From a bacterium (GTDB lineage: Bacteria > Zhuqueibacterota > Zhuqueibacteria > Residuimicrobiales > Krinioviventaceae): 64,000 bases of DNA. Positions 18,884-28,223 of the stretch are shown piece after piece; the first letter of the stretch is position 1, and every line of letters starts with the position of its first letter. The stretch lies in assembly GCA_963693055.1 (NCBI GenBank), contig OY843751.1:5376001-5440000 (forward strand), in the 5' to 3' direction. The notes under the pieces were generated by a model that saw nothing but the letters and a program-made list of their open reading frames with translations, made no database searches and was not told where the DNA came from. The translations under genes were made by a program, and so were the position numbers.

Positions 18884-21847
18884 TTATTTTACAAGAATCA
18901 TCTTTTTAACCTGCACATTGTTGCTACCAGCTTCCATACGGTAAAAGTAAACACCGCTGGTAAGGTGAGAAGCATCCCAGGTGATTGTATAGTTACCGGC
19001 AGTTTTTACACCGTTAACCAAAGTTGCAACCTGTTGACCCAGTTGGTTGAATACAGTAATATTAACATTTGCAGTCTGTTTTACCGTATATTCAATATTT
19101 GTACTGGGGTTGAACGGATTGGGATAATTCTGTGACAGTGTGTAATCAACCGGACGAGCAACCTGGTATGATTCATGGATTGAAGTTTCAATGATTTCAG
19201 CCAAACCATCATAAGCAACACCACCGGCTTCGGGACGAGGATCAAGACCATTGTCCTGCATACGGCTGATACTTGTCAAAGGTGAGCTTGATAAAAATTC
19301 ATTTGCATTTGCAGCATCACTCAACATTGCAGCAACTTCATCGCTGCCGCTTAATTCAGCCCAGCCTGAACCACCGGCAAAATCAAACCACAAGTTATTC
19401 TGGAATACAATTTCGCCAGCATCCAAACGATTTTTGCTGTCTTGTTTGGTTTCATCTTCAAGATCTTCAACAGTCATTGCAATACCGGCACAGTCACCAA
19501 TGATAGAGTTTTTATAAGCCCCACCCCAGTTGTCACGCAGGTTAAAAGCTGCATCTGTTTGAGAAGATTCCATTCCGGGACCAATCAAAGTTGCGTTGTA
19601 AATTTCCGGGAACGCAAACGGAGTACCATCTTCTGGTTTATGTCCTCCATCATGTTCGCCAAGGTGGCCTGCTGAAGCAGAATCCTGAATTGCGAACAGA
19701 AACTGCATTTTGGTACGTAAGCCCTGATCGTGATCAAAAGCATCATCACCACAGAAAGCAGAAATCAAATGAGAGTTGTTCACTGTTCCGCCAAACCATT
19801 CATAACCGTCGTCTTTGTTTGCAAACACTTCAATATGGTCGATTGTTGTACCGTCACCAACAGAGCCCAGGGTCAACCCATTGATCTCATCACCAGGGGC
19901 CAACTCGGTACCACCATGACGGATCGAGATATATCTCAAAAGACCAGAGCTGTCATGATCATCATCACCACCAACCAGGGTACGTTCGGATTGTTCGGAA
20001 ATACCTTCAATGTAAAAAGCTTCGCCTTCATTCGTAGTTGCATTACCAATCAGAATCAAACCACCCCATTCACCGCGAGTATTAAAATCCAGATCATAAG
20101 GATCGGTAACATCATCGTTGATAGAAGTAAAGATGATCGGGTTAACACCAGTACCTTCGGCAAATAACTGTGCGCCATTACAGATTACCAGCGCACTGGT
20201 ATTCTCACCAGATTCTGATTTCGCTTTAATAACAGTACCTGCTTCAATATTCAATTCAGCACCAGATTCAACATATACCAGTCCATCCAACACATAAATA
20301 TTATCAGCAGTCCAGAAAACTTTATCTCCTGCGATAATATCGTCATCTACAATAGTAACTTCAGTTGCAGGTACTTTATCGGCAGCAAAGAAACCATATT
20401 CATCTAAAGCAGTCCAACCTTTTGCCCAGTTGGTCTGACCAAAAGCGCCTTTGTAATTCACTTGTTCAAAGAAACCATCATTCGGAATTTCTGCAAGTTC
20501 TTGATAAGCAACTCCACCGGCAGCAGGACGAGGATCAAGGCCATTGTCCTGTAAGCGGCTTATGCTTGTTAATGGAGAAGCATTCAATAATTCATTTGCG
20601 TTACCAGCGTCACCCAGCATTGCTGCTACAGCACTACTACCGCTCAGATCTGCCCAGGTCGTGCCACCTGCCAAATCAAACCACAGGTTGTTCTGGAAAA
20701 CAATTTCGCCGGCATCCAAACGGTTTTTACTATCTTGTTTGGTTTCATCTTCAAGATCTTCAACAGTCATCGCGATTCCCGCACAATCGCCAATGATAGA
20801 ATTTTTATAAACGCCACCCCAATTGTCGCGTAAATTAAATGCAGCATCCGTTTGAGAGGACTCCATTCCCGGTCCAATCAAAGTTGCATTAAATACCTGG
20901 GGATACGCATAAGGAGTCCCATCCTCTGGTTTATGTCCGCCATCATGTTCGCCAAGGTGACCTGCAGATGCGGAGTCTTGAATTGCGAACAGAAACTGCA
21001 TTTTAGTGCGTAAGCCCTGATCGTGATCAAAAGCATCATCACCACAATATGCAGCAATCAAATGAGAACAGTTAACAGTACCACCGAACCACTCAAAACC
21101 ATCATCTTTATTCGCAAAAACTTCAACATACTCGATGGTGGTTCCGCGACCTACTGAACCCAGGGTCAAACCATTGATCTCATCACCAGGGGCCAGTTCA
21201 GTACCACCATGACGAATAGAAACGTAACGCAAAACACCAGAGTTATCATCATCATCATCACCGCCAACCAGGGTGCGTTCAGACTGTTCAGAGATACCTT
21301 CAATATAGAAATTCTCGCCTTCGTTTGTAGTAGCGTTACCAATGATAATCAATCCACCCCATTCTCCACGGGTGTTGAAATCCAGATCATAAGGATCAGT
21401 AACATCATCGTTGATAGAAGTAAAAATGATAGGTTTTACAGCAGTACCTTCAGCAAATATCTGCGCGCCATTACAGATAACCAAAGCACTGGTATTCTCA
21501 CCGGATTCACTTTTAGCTTTAATAATAGTACCAGCTTCAATATTCAATACACCACCGGCTTCAAGATATACAAGACCATCCAATATATAAATATTATCAG
21601 CAGTCCAGTAATAAATTTCACCACCAGCCAGGTCAGCATCAGTAATGGTTACTTGATTTACGGGTTCTTTATCAGCCGCAAAAAAACCATATTCATCCAT
21701 TGCGGTCCAACCTTTCATCCAGTTGGAAGAACCAAAGGCTCCCTTATAGTTTACCTGATCATAAAATTCTACGGTATCGGCAAACAAAACACCGCAAAGA
21801 GCAACAGTAACAATTAGCGTTAAAAGGGCAAACAATTTTGCTCTCAT
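18884..21847 (-). CDS. Secreted protein with two tandem ~431-aa acidic beta-helix-like domains and a T9SS/FlgD-type C-terminal sorting domain
   Basis: Signal peptide; two copies of SG.LRY.SIRHGG...EINGLTLGSVG.GTTI...DDG.EWFGGTVN; C-terminal LSQNYPNPFNPST...GVYFYRM...KKMILVK. Confidence 0.85.
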   Translation of the reverse strand: MRAKLFALLTLIVTVALCGVLFADTVEFYDQVNYKGAFGSSNWMKGWTAMDEYGFFAADKEPVNQVTITDADLAGGEIYYWTADNIYILDGLVYLEAGGVLNIEAGTIIKAKSESGENTSALVICNGAQIFAEGTAVKPIIFTSINDDVTDPYDLDFNTRGEWGGLIIIGNATTNEGENFYIEGISEQSERTLVGGDDDDDNSGVLRYVSIRHGGTELAPGDEINGLTLGSVGRGTTIEYVEVFANKDDGFEWFGGTVNCSHLIAAYCGDDAFDHDQGLRTKMQFLFAIQDSASAGHLGEHDGGHKPEDGTPYAYPQVFNATLIGPGMESSQTDAAFNLRDNWGGVYKNSIIGDCAGIAMTVEDLEDETKQDSKNRLDAGEIVFQNNLWFDLAGGTTWADLSGSSAVAAMLGDAGNANELLNASPLTSISRLQDNGLDPRPAAGGVAYQELAEIPNDGFFEQVNYKGAFGQTNWAKGWTALDEYGFFAADKVPATEVTIVDDDIIAGDKVFWTADNIYVLDGLVYVESGAELNIEAGTVIKAKSESGENTSALVICNGAQLFAEGTGVNPIIFTSINDDVTDPYDLDFNTRGEWGGLILIGNATTNEGEAFYIEGISEQSERTLVGGDDDHDSSGLLRYISIRHGGTELAPGDEINGLTLGSVGDGTTIDHIEVFANKDDGYEWFGGTVNNSHLISAFCGDDAFDHDQGLRTKMQFLFAIQDSASAGHLGEHDGGHKPEDGTPFAFPEIYNATLIGPGMESSQTDAAFNLRDNWGGAYKNSIIGDCAGIAMTVEDLEDETKQDSKNRLDAGEIVFQNNLWFDFAGGSGWAELSGSDEVAAMLSDAANANEFLSSSPLTSISRMQDNGLDPRPEAGGVAYDGLAEIIETSIHESYQVARPVDYTLSQNYPNPFNPSTNIEYTVKQTANVNITVFNQLGQQVATLVNGVKTAGNYTITWDASHLTSGVYFYRMEAGSNNVQVKKMILVK
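19181..21766 (-). repeat. Intragenic tandem duplication, unit 1293 bp (431 codons)
   Basis: FYDQVNYKGAFG starts at 21766 and FFEQVNYKGAFG at 20473; long identical peptide runs with many synonymous differences. Confidence 0.95.
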
Positions 21848-21930
21848 TAGAACAACTCCTTTTTTAATTGTGTAATTTTATTTAGCTTTATATACAATGA
21901 ATTAAAGCCTGTATCATTCATCTCTTGGTA

Positions 21931-24831
21931 TTATAAATTGTATTTAAATCCCATAGAGAAAGTTCTGCCGGTCTGAAACCTCTGATAGATGTATTCAGTA
22001 TCTTTAAACTCGTAGGTTCGTTTTTCATAGGTATCCAAAATATTGTTCACCGCGAGTTTAACCGACATGTGGTTTATCAGTTTCTTTGTTATTGAAAAAT
22101 TCAAAATGGTTGCGGGTTGTTCATAAATATCGGGTGTGGGGTATTCACCAATTGACGATAACCGTTGACCGAAAATATTTAAGTACAAGCTGGCATTTAA
22201 TCCTCTATCATAATTATCATACGCCAGACTCAGATTTAACAAATAAGGTGACTGACCCTGAAAGGGACGCGTATAGTTGACAACCGCGCTGGTATCACTC
22301 TGCTGCTGATATTCGTCTAAAAGGTCTTTATTGGTATATTGTATTTCTGATTCAATCAATGACAAGTTGCCGCTAAAGGTAAAATTGTTCAACGCATGGT
22401 GAAGCACATCCAGTTTCTTGCGCATTTCAAATTCAACACCATAGGTTGTAGCTTCTGCAACATTTCTCCAACTGAACCAACTGTTTCCACCTTTTAACAG
22501 GACCTGAACAATTGGGTCCGTAAAATCTTTATAGAACGCGCTTATGGCATAAATCTCACCCGGGCGGCTGAACCATTCCCAACGAAGATCAAAATTATCT
22601 ATCAGGGTACGTTTTAAATTTGAATATCCTCTAAACTTGTCACCTTCTTTAAAGTCATAAGATGCAAATCCTGATATTTCACGGAAAGAAGGTCTTGCAA
22701 GGGTGCGTCCATAAGCAACCCTGGCATTCATATTTTCACTCAAACTGTAAACAAAATTAACAGATGGCAGCAGATCATGAGTTTCAATAGCGCCACTGTA
22801 TTGCGGATCCGGGTCCAGACTGTTTACAAACATGTCTGTTGACTCGTAACGCGCGCCACCAATAAAACGTAATTTCCGGGTTACCGGCACATCTACCATG
22901 GCATATGTTGCATCAACAACCTGTTCTGCATCATAATTACTGGATTGCTGTGCAGTTTCTTCAAGAATAATACCCATTGTGTTATAAGTTCTTATTTCAC
23001 CATTGGGTAAAGTTCTGGTTTCCTGACCAATCAGACCCAATACATCAGAGGTCAATGTTGAATTCAGGTCATCCTGATTAATTCTAAACCGGTCTTGAAG
23101 ATCGCTATTGGGATCATAAACAAAACGTCTTTCAAGAAAATCACGCTGACGGGTAGAATAACTATAACCAAACTTTAAAGAACCGGTGCGCATAAAGGCA
23201 AAATTCATAGGTACTGTAAAATCTAATTTGTAATCATTCCGGTCTTCTTCAAGATTTCTATAATAACGTTCCTGGGCGGTGTTGGAGCGAATACCAATCA
23301 AACCATTTGCGTTTTGATAAAAATTCAAATAACGGGTATCAGGTTCATCCTGGGTTGTACGAGAGGTTGCTATTTTCCAATCCGCTTTAATGCCCCAAAA
23401 CGCATCAAGCTGATGGCTTCCATCTATATGCACAGATCTCAAACTGCGTTCATTATATTGTTGAGCAGTAGCAATATAAGTGTCATCTTTTGCATAATCA
23501 TACGGGAAAATGCCCGAGAAAATCCTTGAAGTTGCCACGGCGTTCTGATTATACAATCCGGTTACACTGATCAAATCACGGGATGTTGGTTTGTATGACG
23601 TTTTCAAAGTTGCGCCCCAAAGTACATCGTCAGTGGTTTTATGATCATTCAAGTCATACCACATATCCAAACCCGATGCTTTGGAAGGATCAAGAACATC
23701 CAATCCCCAGCGATTATACTCACCATCATCATAATTCTTATAAGAACGGCTATATGTCAAACTACCCAAGTAACCAAATGGCTTGCCGAACAATTCAAAC
23801 TGATTACCCGCAGAGAATGAATAACTTTGGGCCATTGGTAATGTTGCCGTATTTGGCATCATATTGTGATTAAAGGATTTTACAATAACATCCTGAAATT
23901 GGGCCAACTCTGAATTGGTTCTGGGATTCCCTTCAAAAGTCAACAAATCATTACCAACAATACCCGGTAGTGAAAGAGAACCATTATCAAAACCCAACCA
24001 ACGCAAATTCCCGGCATCTGTTACACGTAAAGCATTATCATTAAATGTTGCCTGGGTATTATATGATGTGCTGGCTGAAAAATTCAAGGTAAGCTGTTCG
24101 GGAAAATCTTTGGTTTTAATATCAACAGTACCACCGGAAAAATCACCCGCTTTATCCGGAGTAAAGCTTTTTACCGTAACAATATTATCAATCAAGCCCG
24201 AAGGAATAAGATCAATAGAACCGGAACGTGCATAGGGATCTGAACTGGGAAGCTCGGCTCCATTCAACTGAGTACTGGTATATCTATCTCCTAAACCACG
24301 CACAAATACTTTTTTACCACCTACAACAGAAGCACCGGTAACACCCTTCATGGCTTCGGCTGCGTCTCCTGCTCCGGCCTGGGTAATTGCCTCGGCACTG
24401 ATTGCGTCGCTTACGGATGTTGCCTTTTGACGATCTTTGAGCAGCACTGCTTCAGTATTCTTGACTGCCTTTGCGGTAACAACCACTTCCTGCCCTTCAA
24501 GCACTTCCATACCCATGGCAAAATCAAGCTTTTCAACCTGACCTTCATTAACCTCAACACCTTCAATTCTAAAATTTGAATAACCGATATAAGTTGAAAC
24601 CAAAGAATACGTACCGGCAGGCAATCCTTTGATTCGATAAACCCCTTCAAGGTCTGTCGCAGAACCTCTGCGAGTTCCCTCAATGACAACATTCACACCC
24701 GGTAATGGAGTACCTGTTTCCTTGTCTACCACTTTACCTGTAATGGTTCCATTGCCCTGAGAAAATACCACACTGGTATAGCTCAACATAAAAAGCAGCA
24801 AAGCGGATAAAATTAGACGTTTTCTTAACAT
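21931..24831 (-). CDS. TonB-dependent receptor with N-terminal carboxypeptidase-regulatory-like domain
   Basis: ITGKVVD..TG.PLPGVNV, plug VRGLGDRY, KSFTPD, SGG.VDI; barrel GARYE, LLPSVN, QGQSPY; terminal FKYNL. Confidence 0.93.
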   Translation of the reverse strand: MLRKRLILSALLLFMLSYTSVVFSQGNGTITGKVVDKETGTPLPGVNVVIEGTRRGSATDLEGVYRIKGLPAGTYSLVSTYIGYSNFRIEGVEVNEGQVEKLDFAMGMEVLEGQEVVVTAKAVKNTEAVLLKDRQKATSVSDAISAEAITQAGAGDAAEAMKGVTGASVVGGKKVFVRGLGDRYTSTQLNGAELPSSDPYARSGSIDLIPSGLIDNIVTVKSFTPDKAGDFSGGTVDIKTKDFPEQLTLNFSASTSYNTQATFNDNALRVTDAGNLRWLGFDNGSLSLPGIVGNDLLTFEGNPRTNSELAQFQDVIVKSFNHNMMPNTATLPMAQSYSFSAGNQFELFGKPFGYLGSLTYSRSYKNYDDGEYNRWGLDVLDPSKASGLDMWYDLNDHKTTDDVLWGATLKTSYKPTSRDLISVTGLYNQNAVATSRIFSGIFPYDYAKDDTYIATAQQYNERSLRSVHIDGSHQLDAFWGIKADWKIATSRTTQDEPDTRYLNFYQNANGLIGIRSNTAQERYYRNLEEDRNDYKLDFTVPMNFAFMRTGSLKFGYSYSTRQRDFLERRFVYDPNSDLQDRFRINQDDLNSTLTSDVLGLIGQETRTLPNGEIRTYNTMGIILEETAQQSSNYDAEQVVDATYAMVDVPVTRKLRFIGGARYESTDMFVNSLDPDPQYSGAIETHDLLPSVNFVYSLSENMNARVAYGRTLARPSFREISGFASYDFKEGDKFRGYSNLKRTLIDNFDLRWEWFSRPGEIYAISAFYKDFTDPIVQVLLKGGNSWFSWRNVAEATTYGVEFEMRKKLDVLHHALNNFTFSGNLSLIESEIQYTNKDLLDEYQQQSDTSAVVNYTRPFQGQSPYLLNLSLAYDNYDRGLNASLYLNIFGQRLSSIGEYPTPDIYEQPATILNFSITKKLINHMSVKLAVNNILDTYEKRTYEFKDTEYIYQRFQTGRTFSMGFKYNL

Positions 24832-24903
24832 TTAAATACCTCAATGATTCAAGTTTCTGCCAATTTATTACAGACAAATATACTTTTAGCACGTTAGCAA
24901 GCG

Positions 24904-24930
24904 ATAAAGTCAATGTTAAGAAATTGTAAA
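24904..24930 (-). promoter_or_regulatory. Putative Pho box upstream of the TonB receptor operon
   Basis: Minus strand TTTACAATTTC-TTAACATTGAC-TTTAT; near-identical to 18705-18731. Confidence 0.75.
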
Positions 24931-24954
24931 GTGGGAAAATGCAAGAAAAGAGGC

Positions 24955-24989
24955 AAAAAAAAAGCGTCTGCAAATAAATACAGACGCTT
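24955..24989 (-). terminator. Intrinsic terminator after the phosphate transporter
   Basis: AAGCGTCTG / CAGACGCTT stem with an A-run on the plus strand (T-run on minus). Confidence 0.8.
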
Positions 24990-25012
24990 GACATTTATTT
25001 AAAAAAAGAATA

Positions 25013-27235
25013 CTAACTGGGATCAGGAATTTCAGTATTGGCTATACCGGCAAGCAATTGTGTTGTTTGCGATGTAATTGCTTCAGTATGGTTCAAGATA
25101 TCCAAATATAACAGGCTTTGACGAGTGCGATAATTGCCCTGTCTTACTCGCTTTAAATGGTTGCGGTTCAATTCCTGAATGGTCATTCTAATCTTTTCAC
25201 CACTTTCCAGACATTCATCAACCGTCAAATCATCATCTTTTAAATATTCAGCAGAACGTTTAAAAAATTTAGATACCTGTTTTTTCAGAGTAGCCAATTC
25301 TTCTTTTTGTTCATCCAAAAGACCAATATGCTGATTTTCAACATAAATCAAACAAATCTCTGAAAGTTCTTTCATTTTTTGGCTGCTCTCTGTAATGCCA
25401 CTGAAAATAATGGGATCAACATCAATTACATCAGAGTCAGGCATTTGCATAATGTTTAACACGCGGGTTAACAATTTATTAGATGTTTTGCAAATCTTTT
25501 TCGAATTTGATTTTGCATCTTTTAATTTATTGCGATTTTGTTTAGAAATGCCATTATAAACCAATTCAAGATTGTTCTCAATCTTGTTAAAATATTTATC
25601 TAATTTTTTGGTTAATTTGTTAAATTCCTGCAATGGTGAAGAATCCAACACATCCAGCTCTATATCCTCTGATTCTTCTTTTTCTTTTTTTGTATGATAA
25701 ATTTGTGTACGGAAAAGCACAAATGCTACTAACAAAGTCAACAGAATGGTAGCTGGCCATGGGAAAAAATAGATCAACGTAGCAAACAACATTGCAACTG
25801 TAGATGCAACCAAAGCAGTTAAAAACCATCCACCAATTACTGTCAATACACCCGAAATACGATATACAGCACTATCGCGTCCCCAGGCACGATCAGATAA
25901 CGATGTACCCATCGCTACCATAAAGGTAACATACGTTGTTGAAAGCGGTAATTTTAAAGAAGTACCTAACGAGATCAACATACTTGCAACCATCAGGTTA
26001 ACTGATGCTCGTAATAAATCCCAATTGGCAGTATCTTTAGCTTTTTTATTATTTGTTTTAACACGTTGAAAACGGTTATCAATATAACTTTTTACAGAAC
26101 CGGGAATCGCTCTTACAACAACCTGTCCTTGAGAAATAAACATACGCAAGATCATGCGTGAAAAGCCTGAAGGCTCAAATCTTTCATCGCCTTCATCCTG
26201 ACGTGCAAGTCCCAACTCGGTTTTACTTACCGTTCGTGCCTTTTTGGATATCCACAATGTTGCTACCATCACAGTACCAGCTATCAATAGCATCCAGGTT
26301 TCAGTTTGTACCGGCCCAGACAATGCTTTCATACTGGCAGTTAATGGGTTTGCTTCAGCCATACCATGCTTGTATGTACTATAACCAGCCAGCGGAACAC
26401 CAATAAAATTTACCAAATCATTTGCTGCAAAGGCCATTGCAAGAGCAAAGGTACCCATCAGAATAATAATTTTGAGGATATTAATACGGGTAAACACTAT
26501 GATAAACAAAAAGATAACAGACCATACAACAAAACTGGAACCTAAAATAATCAAGGTATGGGTTTTGATCCAGGTTAGCATTTCTGCACTGATAAAAGAA
26601 GCACCTTTTGCACCTTTAATCAAAATAAAATATGTAATTGCAGATAATGCAACACCACCCCAAAACGCGCCATAACGTTTTAAACGCTTTTCAAAATCAA
26701 AAGTAAAAATCAAACGCGTAATAAATTGAACAATCATACCTACAGTAAATGCTACAACAATGGATAACAAGATACCTGTTATAATCATTAACGCTTTTGC
26801 CGTATTGATATAATTGGCAAGCGCTTCTATACCTTCCCCAGACAGCGTTACTTTAATCAAAGAAATGGCAACAGCAGCACCCAACAACTCGAACACTATA
26901 GATACGGTTGTTGAAGTTGGCAAGCCAAAGGTGTTAAACAGATCCAACAATATAACTTCTGTAATCATTACTGCAATAAAAATATACAGCAATTCGGGCA
27001 TTGTAAAAAATTCGGGATGAAAGATACCTTTTCTGGCAACCTCCATCATTCCACTTGAAAACATTACCCCTATAAGAATACCAAAGCTGGCAATCAATAC
27101 AATAACCCAACGGGGAGCAGCCTTGGAGCCTACCGCAGAATTCATAAAATTCACGGCATCATTACTTACACCTACCATCAAATCGGATAAAGCCAATCCG
27201 AACAATACAATCACAACAAACAAATACAATTCCAT
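25013..27235 (-). CDS. Inorganic phosphate transporter (PiT/PHO4 family) with C-terminal PhoU-like helical domain
   Basis: GVSNDAVNF, GLPTSTT, FAANDLVNFIG, LPLSTTYV; soluble helical ~220-aa C-terminus ending SLLYLDIL. Confidence 0.9.
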   Translation of the reverse strand: MELYLFVVIVLFGLALSDLMVGVSNDAVNFMNSAVGSKAAPRWVIVLIASFGILIGVMFSSGMMEVARKGIFHPEFFTMPELLYIFIAVMITEVILLDLFNTFGLPTSTTVSIVFELLGAAVAISLIKVTLSGEGIEALANYINTAKALMIITGILLSIVVAFTVGMIVQFITRLIFTFDFEKRLKRYGAFWGGVALSAITYFILIKGAKGASFISAEMLTWIKTHTLIILGSSFVVWSVIFLFIIVFTRINILKIIILMGTFALAMAFAANDLVNFIGVPLAGYSTYKHGMAEANPLTASMKALSGPVQTETWMLLIAGTVMVATLWISKKARTVSKTELGLARQDEGDERFEPSGFSRMILRMFISQGQVVVRAIPGSVKSYIDNRFQRVKTNNKKAKDTANWDLLRASVNLMVASMLISLGTSLKLPLSTTYVTFMVAMGTSLSDRAWGRDSAVYRISGVLTVIGGWFLTALVASTVAMLFATLIYFFPWPATILLTLLVAFVLFRTQIYHTKKEKEESEDIELDVLDSSPLQEFNKLTKKLDKYFNKIENNLELVYNGISKQNRNKLKDAKSNSKKICKTSNKLLTRVLNIMQMPDSDVIDVDPIIFSGITESSQKMKELSEICLIYVENQHIGLLDEQKEELATLKKQVSKFFKRSAEYLKDDDLTVDECLESGEKIRMTIQELNRNHLKRVRQGNYRTRQSLLYLDILNHTEAITSQTTQLLAGIANTEIPDPS

Positions 27236-27404
27236 ACATTCTCTCGCTTTTTCAAAACGATAACTTGCTATATTTGAATTGATTTAGAACGTACTAAACC
27301 AAGTTTAAAAAATTTATTAAAATATAACCTTTAATACAATTAAAAAAACCGCAAAACTCTCTCAAAAGCCCTGTTTTAATGAAAATATTCATTTTTTTTC
27401 ATCC

Positions 27405-27448
27405 AATGTTAAGTTAATGTTAAGATAATGTAAAGGAAATTTTAAGAC
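27405..27448. promoter_or_regulatory. Four 11-bp direct repeats (putative Pho box array) between the divergent pit and phoB genes
   Basis: AATGTTAAGTT AATGTTAAGAT AATGTAAAGGA AATTTTAAGAC. Confidence 0.8.
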
Positions 27449-27523
27449 ATTTACACTTGATTTAATGAATTTTAAGATGTAATTTTAATCGTTGTATATA
27501 TTCATAATATAAAGATTGAAAAT

Positions 27524-28210
27524 ATGTCTAAAAAAATATTAATAGTAGATGATGAAAAAGATATCCTTGACTTGTTGGAATTCAATTTACAAAACGAAGG
27601 CTATAATACTGTAACAGCCAGCGATGGTGAACAAGCTCTTTTAACCGCAAAAGCAGAAAATCCGGATTTGATTATTTTAGACATTATGCTACCGGGTAAG
27701 GATGGTTGGGAAGTCTTGAAAGAATTGAGAAAAGATCCCCAAACTCTAGATATTCCTGTTATCTTTTTAACCGCCAAAGATAGTGAAATTGACGAAGTTC
27801 TTGGGCTTGAATTGGGAGCCGACGACTATATTGTAAAACCCATAAGTATTCGAAAATTACTTGCGCGTATCAAAAAAGTATTAAAACGTTCAAAAACCAA
27901 ACAACCGGAAAATGATGATCGTATTATTGTTGATGAACTAGTTATCGACCCGCAAAGTTATAAAGTGACATCAGCAGACCAGGATATTGTTCTAACAAAA
28001 AAAGAATTTGATATACTCTATTATATGGCAAAACGTCCCGGACGGGTTATTACCCGCAAGATCCTTCTCGATGAAATCTGGGATGAAAATGTAGTGGTTA
28101 TTGATCGGACTATTGATGTACATATCCGCAAAATCAGAGAAAAACTGGGCACTGAAAACATGGGCCTGATTGAGACCATCAAAGGCGTTGGCTATCGCTT
28201 CAAAGTCTGA
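27524..28210 (+). CDS. phoB: OmpR/PhoB family response regulator (PhoB/PhoP)
   Basis: ILIVDDE, LDIMLP, FLTAK, GADDYIVKP, RTIDVHIRKIREKLG, IETIKGVGY; phosphate-gene context. Confidence 0.85.
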   Translation: MSKKILIVDDEKDILDLLEFNLQNEGYNTVTASDGEQALLTAKAENPDLIILDIMLPGKDGWEVLKELRKDPQTLDIPVIFLTAKDSEIDEVLGLELGADDYIVKPISIRKLLARIKKVLKRSKTKQPENDDRIIVDELVIDPQSYKVTSADQDIVLTKKEFDILYYMAKRPGRVITRKILLDEIWDENVVVIDRTIDVHIRKIREKLGTENMGLIETIKGVGYRFKV

Positions 28211-28223
28211 ATTTTAATTATAT

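Noticed and set aside
24821-24833. Pho-box-like AATGTTAAGAAA spanning the TonB receptor start codon
   Set aside because: A single half site in the opposite orientation, explained by the coding sequence MLRK
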